Shown: positions 1 through 12,800 of the stretch, piece after piece
Numbering within the stretch: the stretch's first letter is position 1
How the letters are laid out: each line of letters opens with the position of its first letter
Source: Raillietiella orientalis
Lineage: Eukaryota
Direction of reading: 5' to 3'
Assembly: GCA_036172245.1 (NCBI GenBank)
Contig: JAYWIR010000002.1
Coordinates: 5,332,001 to 5,396,000 of the forward strand
Length of the DNA: 64,000 bases
Notes under the pieces: generated by a model
Told to the model about the DNA's origin: nothing
Database searches by the model: none
Seen by the model: the letters and a program-made list of their open reading frames with translations, nothing else
Made by a program: the position numbers and the translations under genes

Positions 1-946
1 ATCCTAAAGGAGGAATCCACTACACGTTGCTTAATGAATTCATAACCATGGGAACCGGAAGCAGGAAAAGTTCAGAGAGCTTTCTCTCCCTCGTCCGGCA
101 CGCAGCAAGTGGAGTTTTTTTTTTGGTTTTGATAAAGAGCTCACAGCAGGATAAACAAACTAGACAAGGAATGCTTGCACCTAAGCTGGTACTCTTCCCG
201 TGGACTCTTCCCCCCCCACTGTTTCACCTTGCACTTCACTGGCTCTCCCACTTCCCGTTTCCCTCTCTGAGCCGCGCCCCAATGCTTGGGACCGCTTTCT
301 CTGTACTTTATGTTTGCGCGCGCTGTCTGGCCCCATGCTGGTCGTTTCCGTGTTTGATACCTCCATGTCTACTGTTTTCTTACCTTGTGTGTGTGTGTGT
401 GTTTTTTTTTTCTCTTTAACTTGATGATGCCCTACTTTTTCGACCGCTGTTTCGTTGTGTTCCTGCTGCTTCCGCCTCCAACGCGGGTACTCCGCCATGC
501 AGGAACCCGGAATGCCGTCGGCTCTCCTAAAGAGGGCTGCTCAGCTGTCGGCAAAAGTTGGAAACCCAGAAGATTGGGGTTTCCGGTTCCAGTAGTGAGT
601 TCATCGTTTGCTCTTAAACACTTGGATTTTCCTAAAGCCTGCTAACGGAAAAGCTCATTCATTGGCATAATTCGATGCCATCATAAGAAACAACGACTTT
701 TTCGTTCTTTTTTTTTGTTGTTTATCACCCGGGTGCGCCGGGGCGTTTATTAAAAACTATCCGGGAACAGAGTTCCTGGACAAAGGAAAAACAAGAGACG
801 AAGGGGTGGGATCCCCGACACGCAGGTCGGTATGCCGAAAGTCCGGAACGGGAGGGAGGGGACCACAAATACACTACTATAAAAAAATAAAAATAAAAAT
901 ATGGAGGGCAGGGGACAGGGGTCTTTGGTTCGGCCGTTCCTTCCTT

Positions 947-3320
947 TCAAAACCGGCGATGGATGCCGGCGATCTCTCTCCTCACGTCCTCTGGCAGATG
1001 GGCCCACTCGGCAGCCGACGACATGTTCGCGCTGGCTGATCCGGTGGGCTGACGAAGGATGGCCAGCTTCTCCAACTCTCGGTGGGCCTTGTCGATGGCG
1101 CGGGTGCAACACACGGTTGCAACGACAGCACCCAAAGACAGGCCGCCTGGCGTGAAAAAGCGGCGCATCAAGTCCCTCGCGGTGTCCCTCTGGTGCAGGA
1201 GAGCTGAGGCCAGCCTCCGCCAAAGTCCTAGGAGGGCACCGCAGTCCAGGAGCAGGTGCGGGAGCGTTTCCACTTCCCCGCACCGCTTACAGTTTGGGGA
1301 GACAACTCCCCCGGAAACACGGTTCGTTCACTGGTCGGAGTGAAAACCCCAATGCACCAGCATGATGACGTCCTGCTTCCACGAAAAAGGGAACACAGAA
1401 GTGTTCAAACAGGAGGGAAGGACCACAAGTTCTTCGGGGGACACACTCAAGTGTTCACTCCACCGAAGGAGTCCCTTCGGGATGTGGCGAGGCGTGGCGG
1501 CGTCTGCCAGCTCGCAAGTCCTCCAGCCGCCAATGGGTCGTGTTGTTCCTGCGATGGTGCAGGCAACCTCCCATCTCGCCGGTTCGCAGCTGTCATCTCT
1601 TGCCCTGAGGGCTGACAGCGCGTCGGCGAGGGGCGTGATGGCCAGGCGAGTCCACTTCTCCTGGCTGTTGCACACCTCATCCACCGTGCAGTACGGGGAG
1701 AGGTGAGCGCAACGGAGTTCCAGGAGTGAAACATCCTGGTGCTTTGCCCAGCCATGCAACGGTTCCTGCCGCCAGGATTCAAAGTTCGTTGGGCGGCAGG
1801 AGATCCATGCGTGGGCTACCAGGAGCCGGTAGAGGGGTTTCAACGGGAAACCGAAGCTTCTCGTGGCGCGCTCCGTGTGCGGCCGCAGCGACAGAAGTCC
1901 ATCGCTGCCGGTGCAGCGCCGCAGAAGCAGGCGCGCGGGAGCGCACCACGGAGTGGACCAAAGGTTGGCGCACAGGGCCAACATCCGAAGCTGCACCTGC
2001 AGCTCGATTCTCTCCAGCGTCAGGATGCCTAAGCCAGCATCCCGGCGCGGAGCCGCCAAGTCTTTGAGGCGGATCCTGGACCTCGCAGGTCCCCACAGAG
2101 CGTTCCTCAACAGGCTGTGCCGGAGCTTGGCCGAGTAGGGGGGCGGGCAAACAAAAAGCAGGGAGCGCAAGAGGGGGGCAACGAAGGTGTTCCATATCGT
2201 GGCCCGCTCCGGCAGGACGAACCTGCCATGGTGGAACGGGCTCAGAGCATTCGTAGCCTTCCGAAGGCAGTCCGACCACACTTCCACTGGGCTGATGTTC
2301 CCCATCGGAACGCCCAGATATTGCATGGACGAAGCGGTCGGGATCTCCAGGCGGATCCAGTCGGACTGCCCCTCCCACGTCGCACCAATAGGAACGACCA
2401 CGCTCTTGCTCCATTTTACGCTCATGCCCGCTCCCTGGCGAATCAGCTCGAAGAAATCCTCGAGACTGGACGCCGGGGTGGTCATGGGTAAAAGGAGAAG
2501 CAGGTCGTCAGCATAGGCCGCCACGGACGGCGTTCCTGGACAAGAGCTCGGCAGGTTGGCCAGCGTCAGACTGTACGCCCTCAGCACCAACTCAAAGAAG
2601 ATGCTGAAGAGCAACGGGCTTAAGCTGTCACCCTGCCTGATGCCCCGCCGCACCGGCACGCCGTACACGTGGCAGCCTCTGAAAGAGATAGAAATGAGCG
2701 CGTGGCGCCAGCAAGCGCGCAAATAGGCCACGAGGTGCACAGGGAGACCGAGGCGTTCCAGGAACTCCAGGAGGAGATCCTGAATCACGCAGTCAAACGC
2801 CTTACGGAGATCGACCGCGACCGCCAAGGCACCCGGCGCTTCCTCAGGCCGAATGCAGCGACGCCTAGCCGCGGCAGCCGCAGATGCGGTTACCTGGCTG
2901 TCGTGCGCCACGCAACGTTGCAGCTCGAGCCACGTGCGCGCGAAGAACAGGTTCGCCTCCATGGACCGTCCGGAAACAGCGTAAGACTGCTCCGGACTTA
3001 CCACAGATCCAGCGATCCTACCCAGGCGCGCGACCCAGAGCCTGGAGAACAATTTGACGTCCGCATTCACCAAGGTGATCGGACGCCAGTTGCTTAAATG
3101 GCGCATGTCTCCGCCTTTCGGCAAGAGACGCACCCTTGCTGAGCGAAACGAGGCCGGGACATTGCCCGTCTCTCGCATCAGCGCAGAAAGCCTCAGCACC
3201 AGGGGGATGAGTTCCGCCGCGAAGCACTGAAGAACTCCGCAGGCAGACCATCCTCACCTGGCGCCTTGCGCTTCTTGAGGCCCGCTATGGCGGAAGACAC
3301 TTCTTCCTCCGTGAAGGGCT
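947..3320 (-). pseudogene. ORF2 reverse transcriptase plus C-terminal zinc-binding domain of the Tx1-like element
   Basis: ORFs 1328-3199 and 947-1273 are in the same frame, separated by one TGA at 1328-1330 (HWGFHSDQ*TNRVSGGVVSPNCKRCGEVETLPHLLLDC). Upstream, LD*PFTEEEVSSAIAGLKKRKAPGEDGLPAEFF has a TAG at 3319-3321 and a frameshift near 3230. Confidence 0.9.
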
Positions 3321-3406
3321 AGTCAAGAGTGGCGCGTTCCTCCTCGTCGACCGCCGGGGAATCCGCCTGCAGAAGCAGCTCCGAGAGACTGCGTTTCGTC
3401 GGCTCC

Positions 3407-4720
3407 CTAGCATACAACGAGGAGTAATAGCGCTTTAGGAGGCGGCGAACGTCGGCCGCGCCCGAGCACTCCAGGCCCTGGTCGTCGAGCAGACAAGCCG
3501 CTCCTGACTGCCAGACTGGCGCTCGGCCTTGGCCTTGTACTCCGCAAGGTACCGGACGTCCGGGCATGGGGAGAATTGGCGGGCCTGCACAAACGCTCTG
3601 CTGTTGGCCACGCCTTCACCGAAGCCACGGGGAAGCAGGAAGCAGCCAAGGGGAACCGGCTGCAGAACTCGCGGACTGATCTTTTCAGATCGTCCCAGTC
3701 CACGAGCTCTCGAACGGCAAAGGTCCGGAGATGCTGGCGGAGGTGCTCCGCAGCCACCGGATTTCTCAACCAGTCGGCCGGCAACCTCCAGACGTGCGTC
3801 GGAGGGCCCTTGCCAGGCGGGAGTAGCTCAAACTCCAGCCTGTAGTGGTCGGAAAGCTCGGACGGCACGGGACCTCTTCGACCCACCCGACAATGCAGGT
3901 GATCGTCGAGGAACACATGGTCCGGCAAAGCACGCATCCCGGGATCGTCGGCCAGCAAATTCGAGGAGTGCACGGACGCGCACACCTCGTTCACCAGCCG
4001 TTTCTCCCTGCGACAGTGAGACTCCTCCGAAAGCGCGTGGACGTTGAAGTCCCCGGCTACGAGGTGAGCCACGTCGGGGCCGGAGTTGCTGAGCCAGCGG
4101 TCGCGCAGTCTCTCGAAAAACTCCAGTTTCTCGGTGTGATGCGCGGAGCCGCTCGGCGCGTACACGTTCGTGACGACAAGGTCGATCGATTCGGACCACT
4201 TGAGAACAAGTTGGCCCACACGACCTTCCTCGTCGAAGCAAACGCGGTCGGCGATTCTCGGCCGAATGCCCGAGAGTTGGACCACGAACGAATGGTCCAG
4301 GGCCGAGGGGACGACCTCCTTACCCCTGATTTTCAGGGGCGTTCGCAGCAGGCGCTGGACGAGGGCAGCATCCTTGCAGTGCACCTCCCAATGGCCTACC
4401 GCGCTCACTGGCATAAGTGCCAGGAGATCGTCCTCTCGGACCCCCACGCGTTCCAACTCGCTCCAGAGCTGGTCTCCCGTCCCATCCCGGTAGGCGGCAC
4501 TGACCTCGTAGGCCAGAGGGGGATTGTAGCCGTTAGCGGCGTACGCCTGTAGCTCTGCCTCGTAGGGTGGGGCTCCGTGAGCCGCCGCTGCCTTAGCAAC
4601 GGCGGCAAAACTTCTCGCTGGAGGCGAGGGACGATCGGTGGAGGCTTCCACTCCTCCCGCAGAAGGTCCTGCAGCGCAGGGGGATTCCTCCACCTCCATG
4701 CAAGCAGGTGTTGGCTTCAT
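3407..4720 (-). pseudogene. Fused ORF1 N-terminus / APE endonuclease C-terminal half of the Tx1-like element
   Basis: From ATG 4720 (MKPTPACMEV...RSFAAVAK...WEVHCKDAALVQRLLRTPLKIRGKEVV...VQLSGIRPRI) the frame runs directly into DEEGRVGQLVL...NVYAP...GDFN...SDH...VWRLP. The homologous frame is lost near 3600. Confidence 0.8.
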
Positions 4721-6740
4721 CTTTCGAAAATTCACACCACACCCAAAAGGAACAACCGAAAAAATTCCAAAGACGGAGCGCAAGAATGCACGTCCGAACA
4801 ATGGAGGGGGTCGGTTTTTTTGTTGTTGTTGTTTTTTTTCGAGCGGCTTGACATGAAGACATTTCTAATGGCGGTCCTTAAGCCGTTCCTTTCGATAGGA
4901 GTGAAAACTCCTGATAACCTGGCACTTGGGAGAAAAGACCACTGATAAGGGTGCCTTGCCGAACAGCAAACGATGGATAGTGGAACATCGTGGAAAATGG
5001 AAATCATACTTCATCGGAATCTTAGCCACAGTAAGATCACCACGAAACTGCTCCAACCTCGTACAAGGCCGGAGTTGCGTTCCGGGTTATAGGGATCTTT
5101 ACGAACCTCATGAATTACACGGGGATAATAGGATAGTATTTGTAAAAGGTATAAGATATTTATCTTAGACGGCACCACAGTGGAACGTTCATTATTTTAC
5201 TTTAAAGCAAAAAGAAAACAAATGAAAAATGCTCAATTATTATTTAGCTCGAAGCCCCCTCCCCCCCCCCCAAAAAAAAAAAACTTTTACGGTTTTGCTG
5301 ATAGTGAAGCAGTTTCAACAACTCTGCAGCTTCAGCTCCATCCCTCTCGTTGCAAAATGTACCTGGAGCCATTTTCGTCACTAGAATTTGGATAAAATGG
5401 AATTCAGGCTAACTGAACCGCGTGTTCACAACAGCTGTACCGAAAACTCGAAATTTTTACCCCGCATAACGCGGGGAATCCGTTGCATGGGAACGGATTT
5501 GATTCGCATGCATAAGAATTCCGAAAGTGCACTTTTACGACCACTCCAGACAATCCTGATCTCCCATGGAAACAGAGATGTCCTGGGACGTCGGAGCAGG
5601 CTGCAACAGCCATAGTTCTCTTGTTCACTAACCGCGGTAACGAAGCAACGAACTAATGAGATGTGCCCGAGCGCCACTCGTATTTTGCAGATTGCAATTA
5701 CGTGGTCGGACCAAAATACGAAACGGATCTTCCACGGTGATGGAGTGGTGGACGAAGCTGGAGACGCGAGCTGCGACCTATTCGCGCCCAAATACCATAG
5801 TATTTGCGGCGAGTTTTCGATGAAGTGCTCATTAATCTCCTCAGCACCACGAGTCTACCTGCAATTTTTTTTTGCCTTAAGCAACTTGGCTTTAGGAACC
5901 AAGTTTTATGGAATAGTGATCGATGAAGTTCAAACAAGAAGGTTCAAAACCATGCACCAAAAGTTCGTTTTCAGTGCTGCAGAAACTCTGAAGACAGACT
6001 GGCTAACTACAAACAGACCTAGAAAACATAGGATTCGAGTCCCACAGTGGCCCACTTCTGAACTTATAGAACCCTTAAAGCACATTTATATCACGATGCA
6101 TTCCAATGATTTGGATTTCTAGAATTCAAGGGAATCCTTACTTAAACTCTCCATAAAATAAGCAAACCAGGGAACTGGATAGAAGGATGCTCTGATGTGT
6201 AATGCTTTAAATGATGCTCCCAAATGCACAGCAAGCTAGCAATTTAATAAACATTTGAAGAATTTTTGGTGGCATTGCATTTTAACCAGCAAAGAGCTAC
6301 AGCTCTTGAAATGGGAGGAAAAAAATCTGCAAAATAAGCAAATTCTTCACAGTTGAAAAATCCGGAATGTCTCCTAGAACCAGATTACAAGTTGAAGTCC
6401 CATGATTTTTACAAAGCATAGCATAACACAGAGATTCTGTGTAAAGGAATGAAGGTAATTCAGGAACTCAAACTTTGCACCACCAAGACTTTCCGACAAC
6501 GATAGCAACTTTGCTTTTATAAAACTGTTTGCATGCATTGCTCAGGTGGAAACACTTCAGAAGCATTCCACATGCTTATTACTTTTCAGTTACTATCTGT
6601 GAAATTCTTCTTGGATATCCAAGAAAGAGTCAACTTGAAAATGTTTTCATGAGAAATGCTACTAAGGTTGCTTTGACCCCCCTCCCCCCACCCACCCCAC
6701 ACACACACAATGCTTACCAGTGAAAACTGAAATAAATATC

Positions 6741-6746
6741 TTTATT
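6741..6746 (-). promoter_or_regulatory. Probable POLA1 polyadenylation signal AATAAA
   Basis: TTTATT on +, about 70 nt downstream of the POLA1 stop codon. Confidence 0.55.
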
Positions 6747-6813
6747 GACGTTGAATATCTTTATAAATATCTTTATATTGTATGAAGTCATTGTAAATAC
6801 CATAATAGAAAAT

Positions 6814-9800
6814 TCAAAATACTTTTTCATAGTCTACTGGGCACATGGATTTCATCAGTGAGCCCAGGTCAACAAGTGAATAAGCACTGTACTGAAGCAA
6901 AGATTTCATATATGATTCCATGGAATTGTACAAGCTTCCTAGTTGCTTATTAAACATAGTTGCAACAAAACCTGTAAACAAGTTAGCAAATTCCTAATAA
7001 AAGAATGAATTACTTTTCTTGGATTCACTTAAAGAACCAATAGCCTTGGGAACATCAAATATGTGTTGGAAATACATCAGTTGGGTATGCAACTGAGAAT
7101 GACCATACTAGAATGCAGTAATTCGCTTTCAGAACCTTACACAATGTCACATCACCTCAAAATGCATGATATTCTGTTGGCATGCCAAACACACCGGAGA
7201 TCTTTTCTTACATTTAGATGAAAGCATCCTGGTCCTATAAGAACAAGTGGGATCCTCACAAATCAACCATCCCTAATTATGAAATTAAATTCCCACAAGA
7301 AGCTGAAAAACTGACCAAGTAATATCTCTGAATGTACTGGCGACAAGCAAGAACCAACTGATTCAACAAATGTGACTGATGTTCAGCTAAGGGTGCATTG
7401 CACTCCTCATTCGCACATTTATTCAAAGTAAACTGAATATCATCCTGAAATAAAAATACCATACATATCAGCTTAAACACACTTCACTGACCTTGTCTTC
7501 CTTCAGGGCACAATTAACAGAATTTTTAAAACTGCAACAGGGACATGAAAACAGAAAGCTAAAAAATCCATGGTTGCAAAAACATGATTGATCAACTCAC
7601 GAATCGCAATCTTGAAATTTGTCTTCTGTTTCAGTCGAATTTTTCATTTCATAAGACGAATTGACACATTTATGTGCATTAACATGACGCCCATGTCTTG
7701 GATTCAAACCTAAGCATTCTGCAATTCGAGACGCATCTGTTCCATCAATAACTTCACATAAACGTGACACTACTGGATAAATTTGTTGAGACAAATAATA
7801 ATTGAGATCTACACGCAAGTTGGGATTTTGCTTGATTTCATCAATTAGGTATGCTCTTTGTGCTGCTGGTAGGTTTGAACCATCCTATTCACATATTTAA
7901 GCTGCTACTAATTTTGGATTTATATGTACCTCACAGATAACATATGGAACTGTATCACCAGCACGAAGTTTTTTTCTATCATGTCCTCCATTCCATCTTA
8001 AGGCCACAAGCACATGTGGTTGTGATTTTTTATCTCTATCACTGTATTCCTCAGGATTCTTGGCCAATTGCTTACTGATGTTTAAAGAATCTAGGGGAAT
8101 TTTATTTTCCATTAGGTTTTTTCTAACTTCTTCTAATGAATTATAAATATGTATGATGCGATCGTCGGCTGATTGCTCTGATAAAATCTGATTTAGTACA
8201 GAGCTGTAAGAACACCATTTTGGATGTGTTTTCCATATGCATAATACTAACCTACTGATATCTGCAGACAGACAAGACCAATCACACCTAATCATGTCCA
8301 GTCCTTTAATTTCTCTCTCAAAGCTTAGTACTCCATCTGGAGTTTTATTAATACGCAAAGCAGCATATTTTTTCTTTTTCAATAAGAGCATATACCGATA
8401 AACACCATCAATATCCAGCTCCAGACAATGGTATAACTTATTCACTTCTGATTTCACCTTGCTTCCTATTTTTAGAGCTTCCTCGTAATTTCCGCAATTT
8501 GTATTGATCATCAAGGAATCTGTATCTCCATAAATTACTTCAAAATTCATTCTCTGAACCAAATCTTTGGTCTGCAGAAGGATCTCCCTTCCCTTGGCTA
8601 CATAACAAATGAATGTCTGTGAGCACTAGACATGCTAAACTTACATGTAATCAAGGATGCAAGAGGCTTACAAAAAAAACGAGAATTGCTGAATCCTAGG
8701 CAGCCATATAAGCTATTGGCTGTTAATTTGAGAGCTTTTTGACGAATATCATACTAAGCAAAAACAGATGCTGTTAATGACACATAATGAAGGTGCATCT
8801 TTTTTTTTACTTTCAAGATCTGGTCCTCTGATAAATGTGGTTCTTTCATTAAGGATTTTACTTGACGTCTACTTTCCACAAGCTTTCGAATTTCAGTTGG
8901 CAGAATGCCATGGGGAGCATCTTTATCTGGAACTGATGCAAGTGCTTCACCTTCAACACGTTTAACTGTAGTAAAACAAATATTGTATTCTTGGATAATT
9001 GAGGGATACAAGGAGTTGAAATCCAACAACACTACTAATTGTTCATAAAATCCCTTCTTAGGTTCAAACACAAGACCACCAGCATAAGCAGGCTTCCTAC
9101 GATTTCTATTCTCTTTTGCATTATCTGCAGCATCCTATTTGAATGTTGATGACTTGAAAATTAGGTTGAAATACTTACTAAGGCTTTCTTTCGTCTACCA
9201 AACTTGTCAGGTAGAATAAAATTTTGTTCACTAAAAGCATGCAAAAGAAGAAACTCATTGCGTTCTGAGCGACCACCCAAAAGGGTCCTAGACATGAGAT
9301 TACCGGCAATTCGAGTAATCTGCAATGCTAATGGCACAGTATTCAATTCGCACACAATACGCAAAATAAATAGGGCATCTTGCATCATCCGATTTATTAG
9401 GTAGAGAAGATACCTTGCCTCCCTATGGAGAAACAGCTAACTATTAGTGCAAAACTAAGCATAATCCTCACTCATAATATTTTTTCACAGTTCCTAAATC
9501 AATTTGCTCCTCTTCCTCTATCCTCAATATCTAAAAAATTCATCATTTAAAAGTTATCAGTGATTGCAAGTACCTGTTTACACAGATGCTTAAGATCATA
9601 ATTTCTAGCCCGAATGAGTTCTTTAGCAGATATTTTCAAGTCACATATTAAGCGACCACAAAAAAAGCTGCTTTCAATATAACCACCGTGCAGAGTCTGT
9701 AAAAGATCAACCTATAAGAACATTTATTATCAATTACTTGCATGTAATTTGGGAACAATTGTGCGCCTCAAACGACCTATTCTGGACCAATGGATAACTT

Positions 9801-12800
9801 TGTTCACCAACAAACGTTGCATCAAAATATCCAAATCACATGAATTTAAATCATAACCAATAATCATGTCAGGATCAAATCGATGGATTTTTGCTAAAAG
9901 AAAGCTCAGCAGAGCACGTTCACTCTCCATTTTTTCCCATTTAGTAGATTCTTTTTTTGCTAATCCATTCACATTCCATGGCCATGGAACATCATGAGGA
10001 GTTGTGGCAACTTGAATGGAAAGGCTATGTGCAATTACAAAACATTTGGGAACATACCACAAAAATAACTCTCAAATAGTGGATCTACAGAAGGCACATC
10101 TATAGGAAATCTGTTGTGAAGCAAGCATCCAACCATGCAAATTTCACTCTGAAGGGACTCAGGATTAACTGTTGTTTTTAATGTGAGTGTCAAGGCAGCT
10201 ATTGGTGGACAATTGTCAAAAGTAAGAAAACGAACATGCTCGGGTTTACTAACAATGACCTAATGCAAAAATGCCTCCTTATCAAGCTACAGGTCTCACA
10301 TCGACTTACTTCAGTTTTACACCAACTGATAGGAGGATTAGAAACTTTTGGAAATTTGAGTTCCAACCAACATGGGCCTTTAATTTTTCTAGAAAGCAAT
10401 AAATATTCCAAACTAGATGTACTGCATCCAAATACATGGCAAAAAGTATCTCCAGTTAATTCTGATGGTAAAGATGGATATTCTGCCTATAAAAATGACA
10501 GCAGTGTCGTGAAGCAAAACAAAAATAAGCCAAATTTACACTGTAATGAACTTCAAGATAATCTGAATTTCCAGGAATATCAGGTAAATCAAATGCATAA
10601 TCTTTATTCACAACTTTAGATTTGAACTCCAAGATTTTATACTTGTTTGAAATGGAACCATTAAATTCATTGTAAACATCTTCCATTGTTATATCTTCAT
10701 TGGATCTGATATGCTGCAATAATCACAATTCTATAGAATACACAGTGAATTATTAGCATACCTTTTCCCTTGGAAGGATATAAACAATTCTAGGGATATT
10801 CTTGATTATTACACAACAACTGAAATATTTATCTTCAACATCAGACTTCACTTTGCCAAAGAGGTAAACAACACCTGGTTGCAATACAGGATCTTCATAA
10901 GCATCCAGCCAGAACAGTTCCATACTCTAAAGGAAACTTGATCTAGTAAACAGTCCTTAGTCTGATATGAAATGGATTCATTTTTCATGCAAGTTGGGAA
11001 AATAAATCCTTAATTTGCAAAACCAAGCTGAGAAAACTTTGAAAAATGAGTGCAGTCTAAACAATTTTTGGTTACATAAGTCTTTAGACTTTAGACTGCA
11101 AGGCAATCCAAATTCAATTATTTTTGTCAAACAACAATTAGCAATTGTGATAACTATAACTGTTAGGGCATCATGAAAAATATTTTTAATGAATTTATTA
11201 ATGACCATGATTCATTAATGTTCAAAAGGAGCATATGTATGAATACTGTGTAAGATTTCTTAAACACTAGTAAATCATGGAAGAAAAAAAACAAAAACAA
11301 AAAAAACAATAATGACACACCCTAGATGTGCACAAATGTCTATGAATGATTACCCAGATTGAACTTAACTTTGTTATGTAAATATACATGTATGTATGTT
11401 TCATGCATATACTGTTTCTGATTAAAAGAAAGTCTACCTATAATACACAACACAAGATTCCATAATCACTATAATAAACAATATAAAAAGTCAAAAAAGA
11501 ATTAATAAAATATATAATGATTCACATGTAACCAGAAAAACATGCAAAACCCATTAGAAAAATGACGCATCGAACTCATTTCAGAAAATACCAGATGCCA
11601 AGTTAATGTTCAATTTAAAAAGCTTTCTAAGCTTATCCTAAAAGCTAAATTTTTGCAGAGCATTTTACCTCCTTCTGCTCCAGATTAAAACTCATAGCTG
11701 ATCTGACTAGATTTGCATCCACAAATGTTTCTTTTGTTTCAATAGCTGCTTGCCAGTCTTTGTTGTTACTTCGAGATTTCTTCATGAAATCAGTACTTTG
11801 AAAAGAAAAATATTTTTCTATTTAAAATAGACTATTGTTTGCAAAACAAATCAAGGCTTTTATTATTTAACATTTTAGAATTTTAGAATCAAACTTACTG
11901 TCAACACTACAATTCAAGTAGACTATATGAAGGATATTTCTTTTTAATAAAACAATGTGATTTCAAGAAAACTCAATTGATATATAGTAAAGCAAACAAT
12001 TTTAAAGATTTTAGAAAATGGTTTTCCCATTACTTCTTACACTGAGTATAAAAGTAGTATTCACCATTCTTAATAGCTAGTAGTTAATTTATGAATAACT
12101 AAAGGGATAGAGAAATTACCTTGTCTTATGGGTTAATATGGATTATGGAATTGGATGGATGAGTAGTTTCCACACAATGTAGAAACTCAATCACTGTGAT
12201 ATGATTTTCATACACACATAATCACAATGATGAGTTTCACCAACATGATGGAACACTTATACAATAAACAGAATCAAAAAGAACTCACTTTAATATGATG
12301 CTGAAATCATACTTACTTTTGAAGTTCTTGCACTTCCATCAAACAATCATCCAATGAATTCGCAAATTCTTGATGGATAGTGTTTAGAGAGTCCTAGAAG
12401 AAAATCCATGAGAAGCAGGCTTTACTTTGGCTTTAAAAATATCTTTGCATCAAAGTATCATTATTTAAAAAGAAATTACATGTTAACATATACATGCTTT
12501 AATATTTCTTTTGCAAAAAAGCATATATGATTTGAACAAATAATTTCACCATAAAAGTACACTGAAAACATGTAAACCGACTTGAAAAAGCAATACGAAA
12601 ATGCAATACGAAACTTCCCGATTGTGTAAGATTTTCACAATAACAATCATTATCACAACTGACAAGTTTCACCAAAAATATGATGCAACATTGCATGAGC
12701 TTTTCCTTGTTCATACCTACTTCCTGCCTGGATTCTATAAAAATGTTGATTACATATATTCAATTTCCTTGGTTATTCACTAAATGCACTACTATGAGAA

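Larger units (their letters stand above)
710..4827 (-). mobile_element. L1/Tx1-clade non-LTR retrotransposon, internally deleted and disabled copy (about 4.1 kb)
   Basis: On the - strand: ORF1-like N-terminus, APE endonuclease motifs (NVYAP, VAGDFN, SDH), RT motifs (WRPITLVNADVK, DLRKAFD, RGIRQGDSLSPLLF, YADD, YLGVP), C-terminal CKRC-x7-H-x4-C zinc finger, pyrimidine-rich 3' UTR and AATAAA plus hairpin at 721-751. A candidate 13-bp target-site duplication TTTTTTTGTTGTT lies at 710-722 and 4815-4827. Confidence 0.93.

Noticed and set aside
5380..6122. 153-aa + ORF (5661-6122) and faint RT-thumb-like words (KYYGIW) on the - strand
   Set aside because: No recognisable domain on +, and the - strand similarity is too weak to call.
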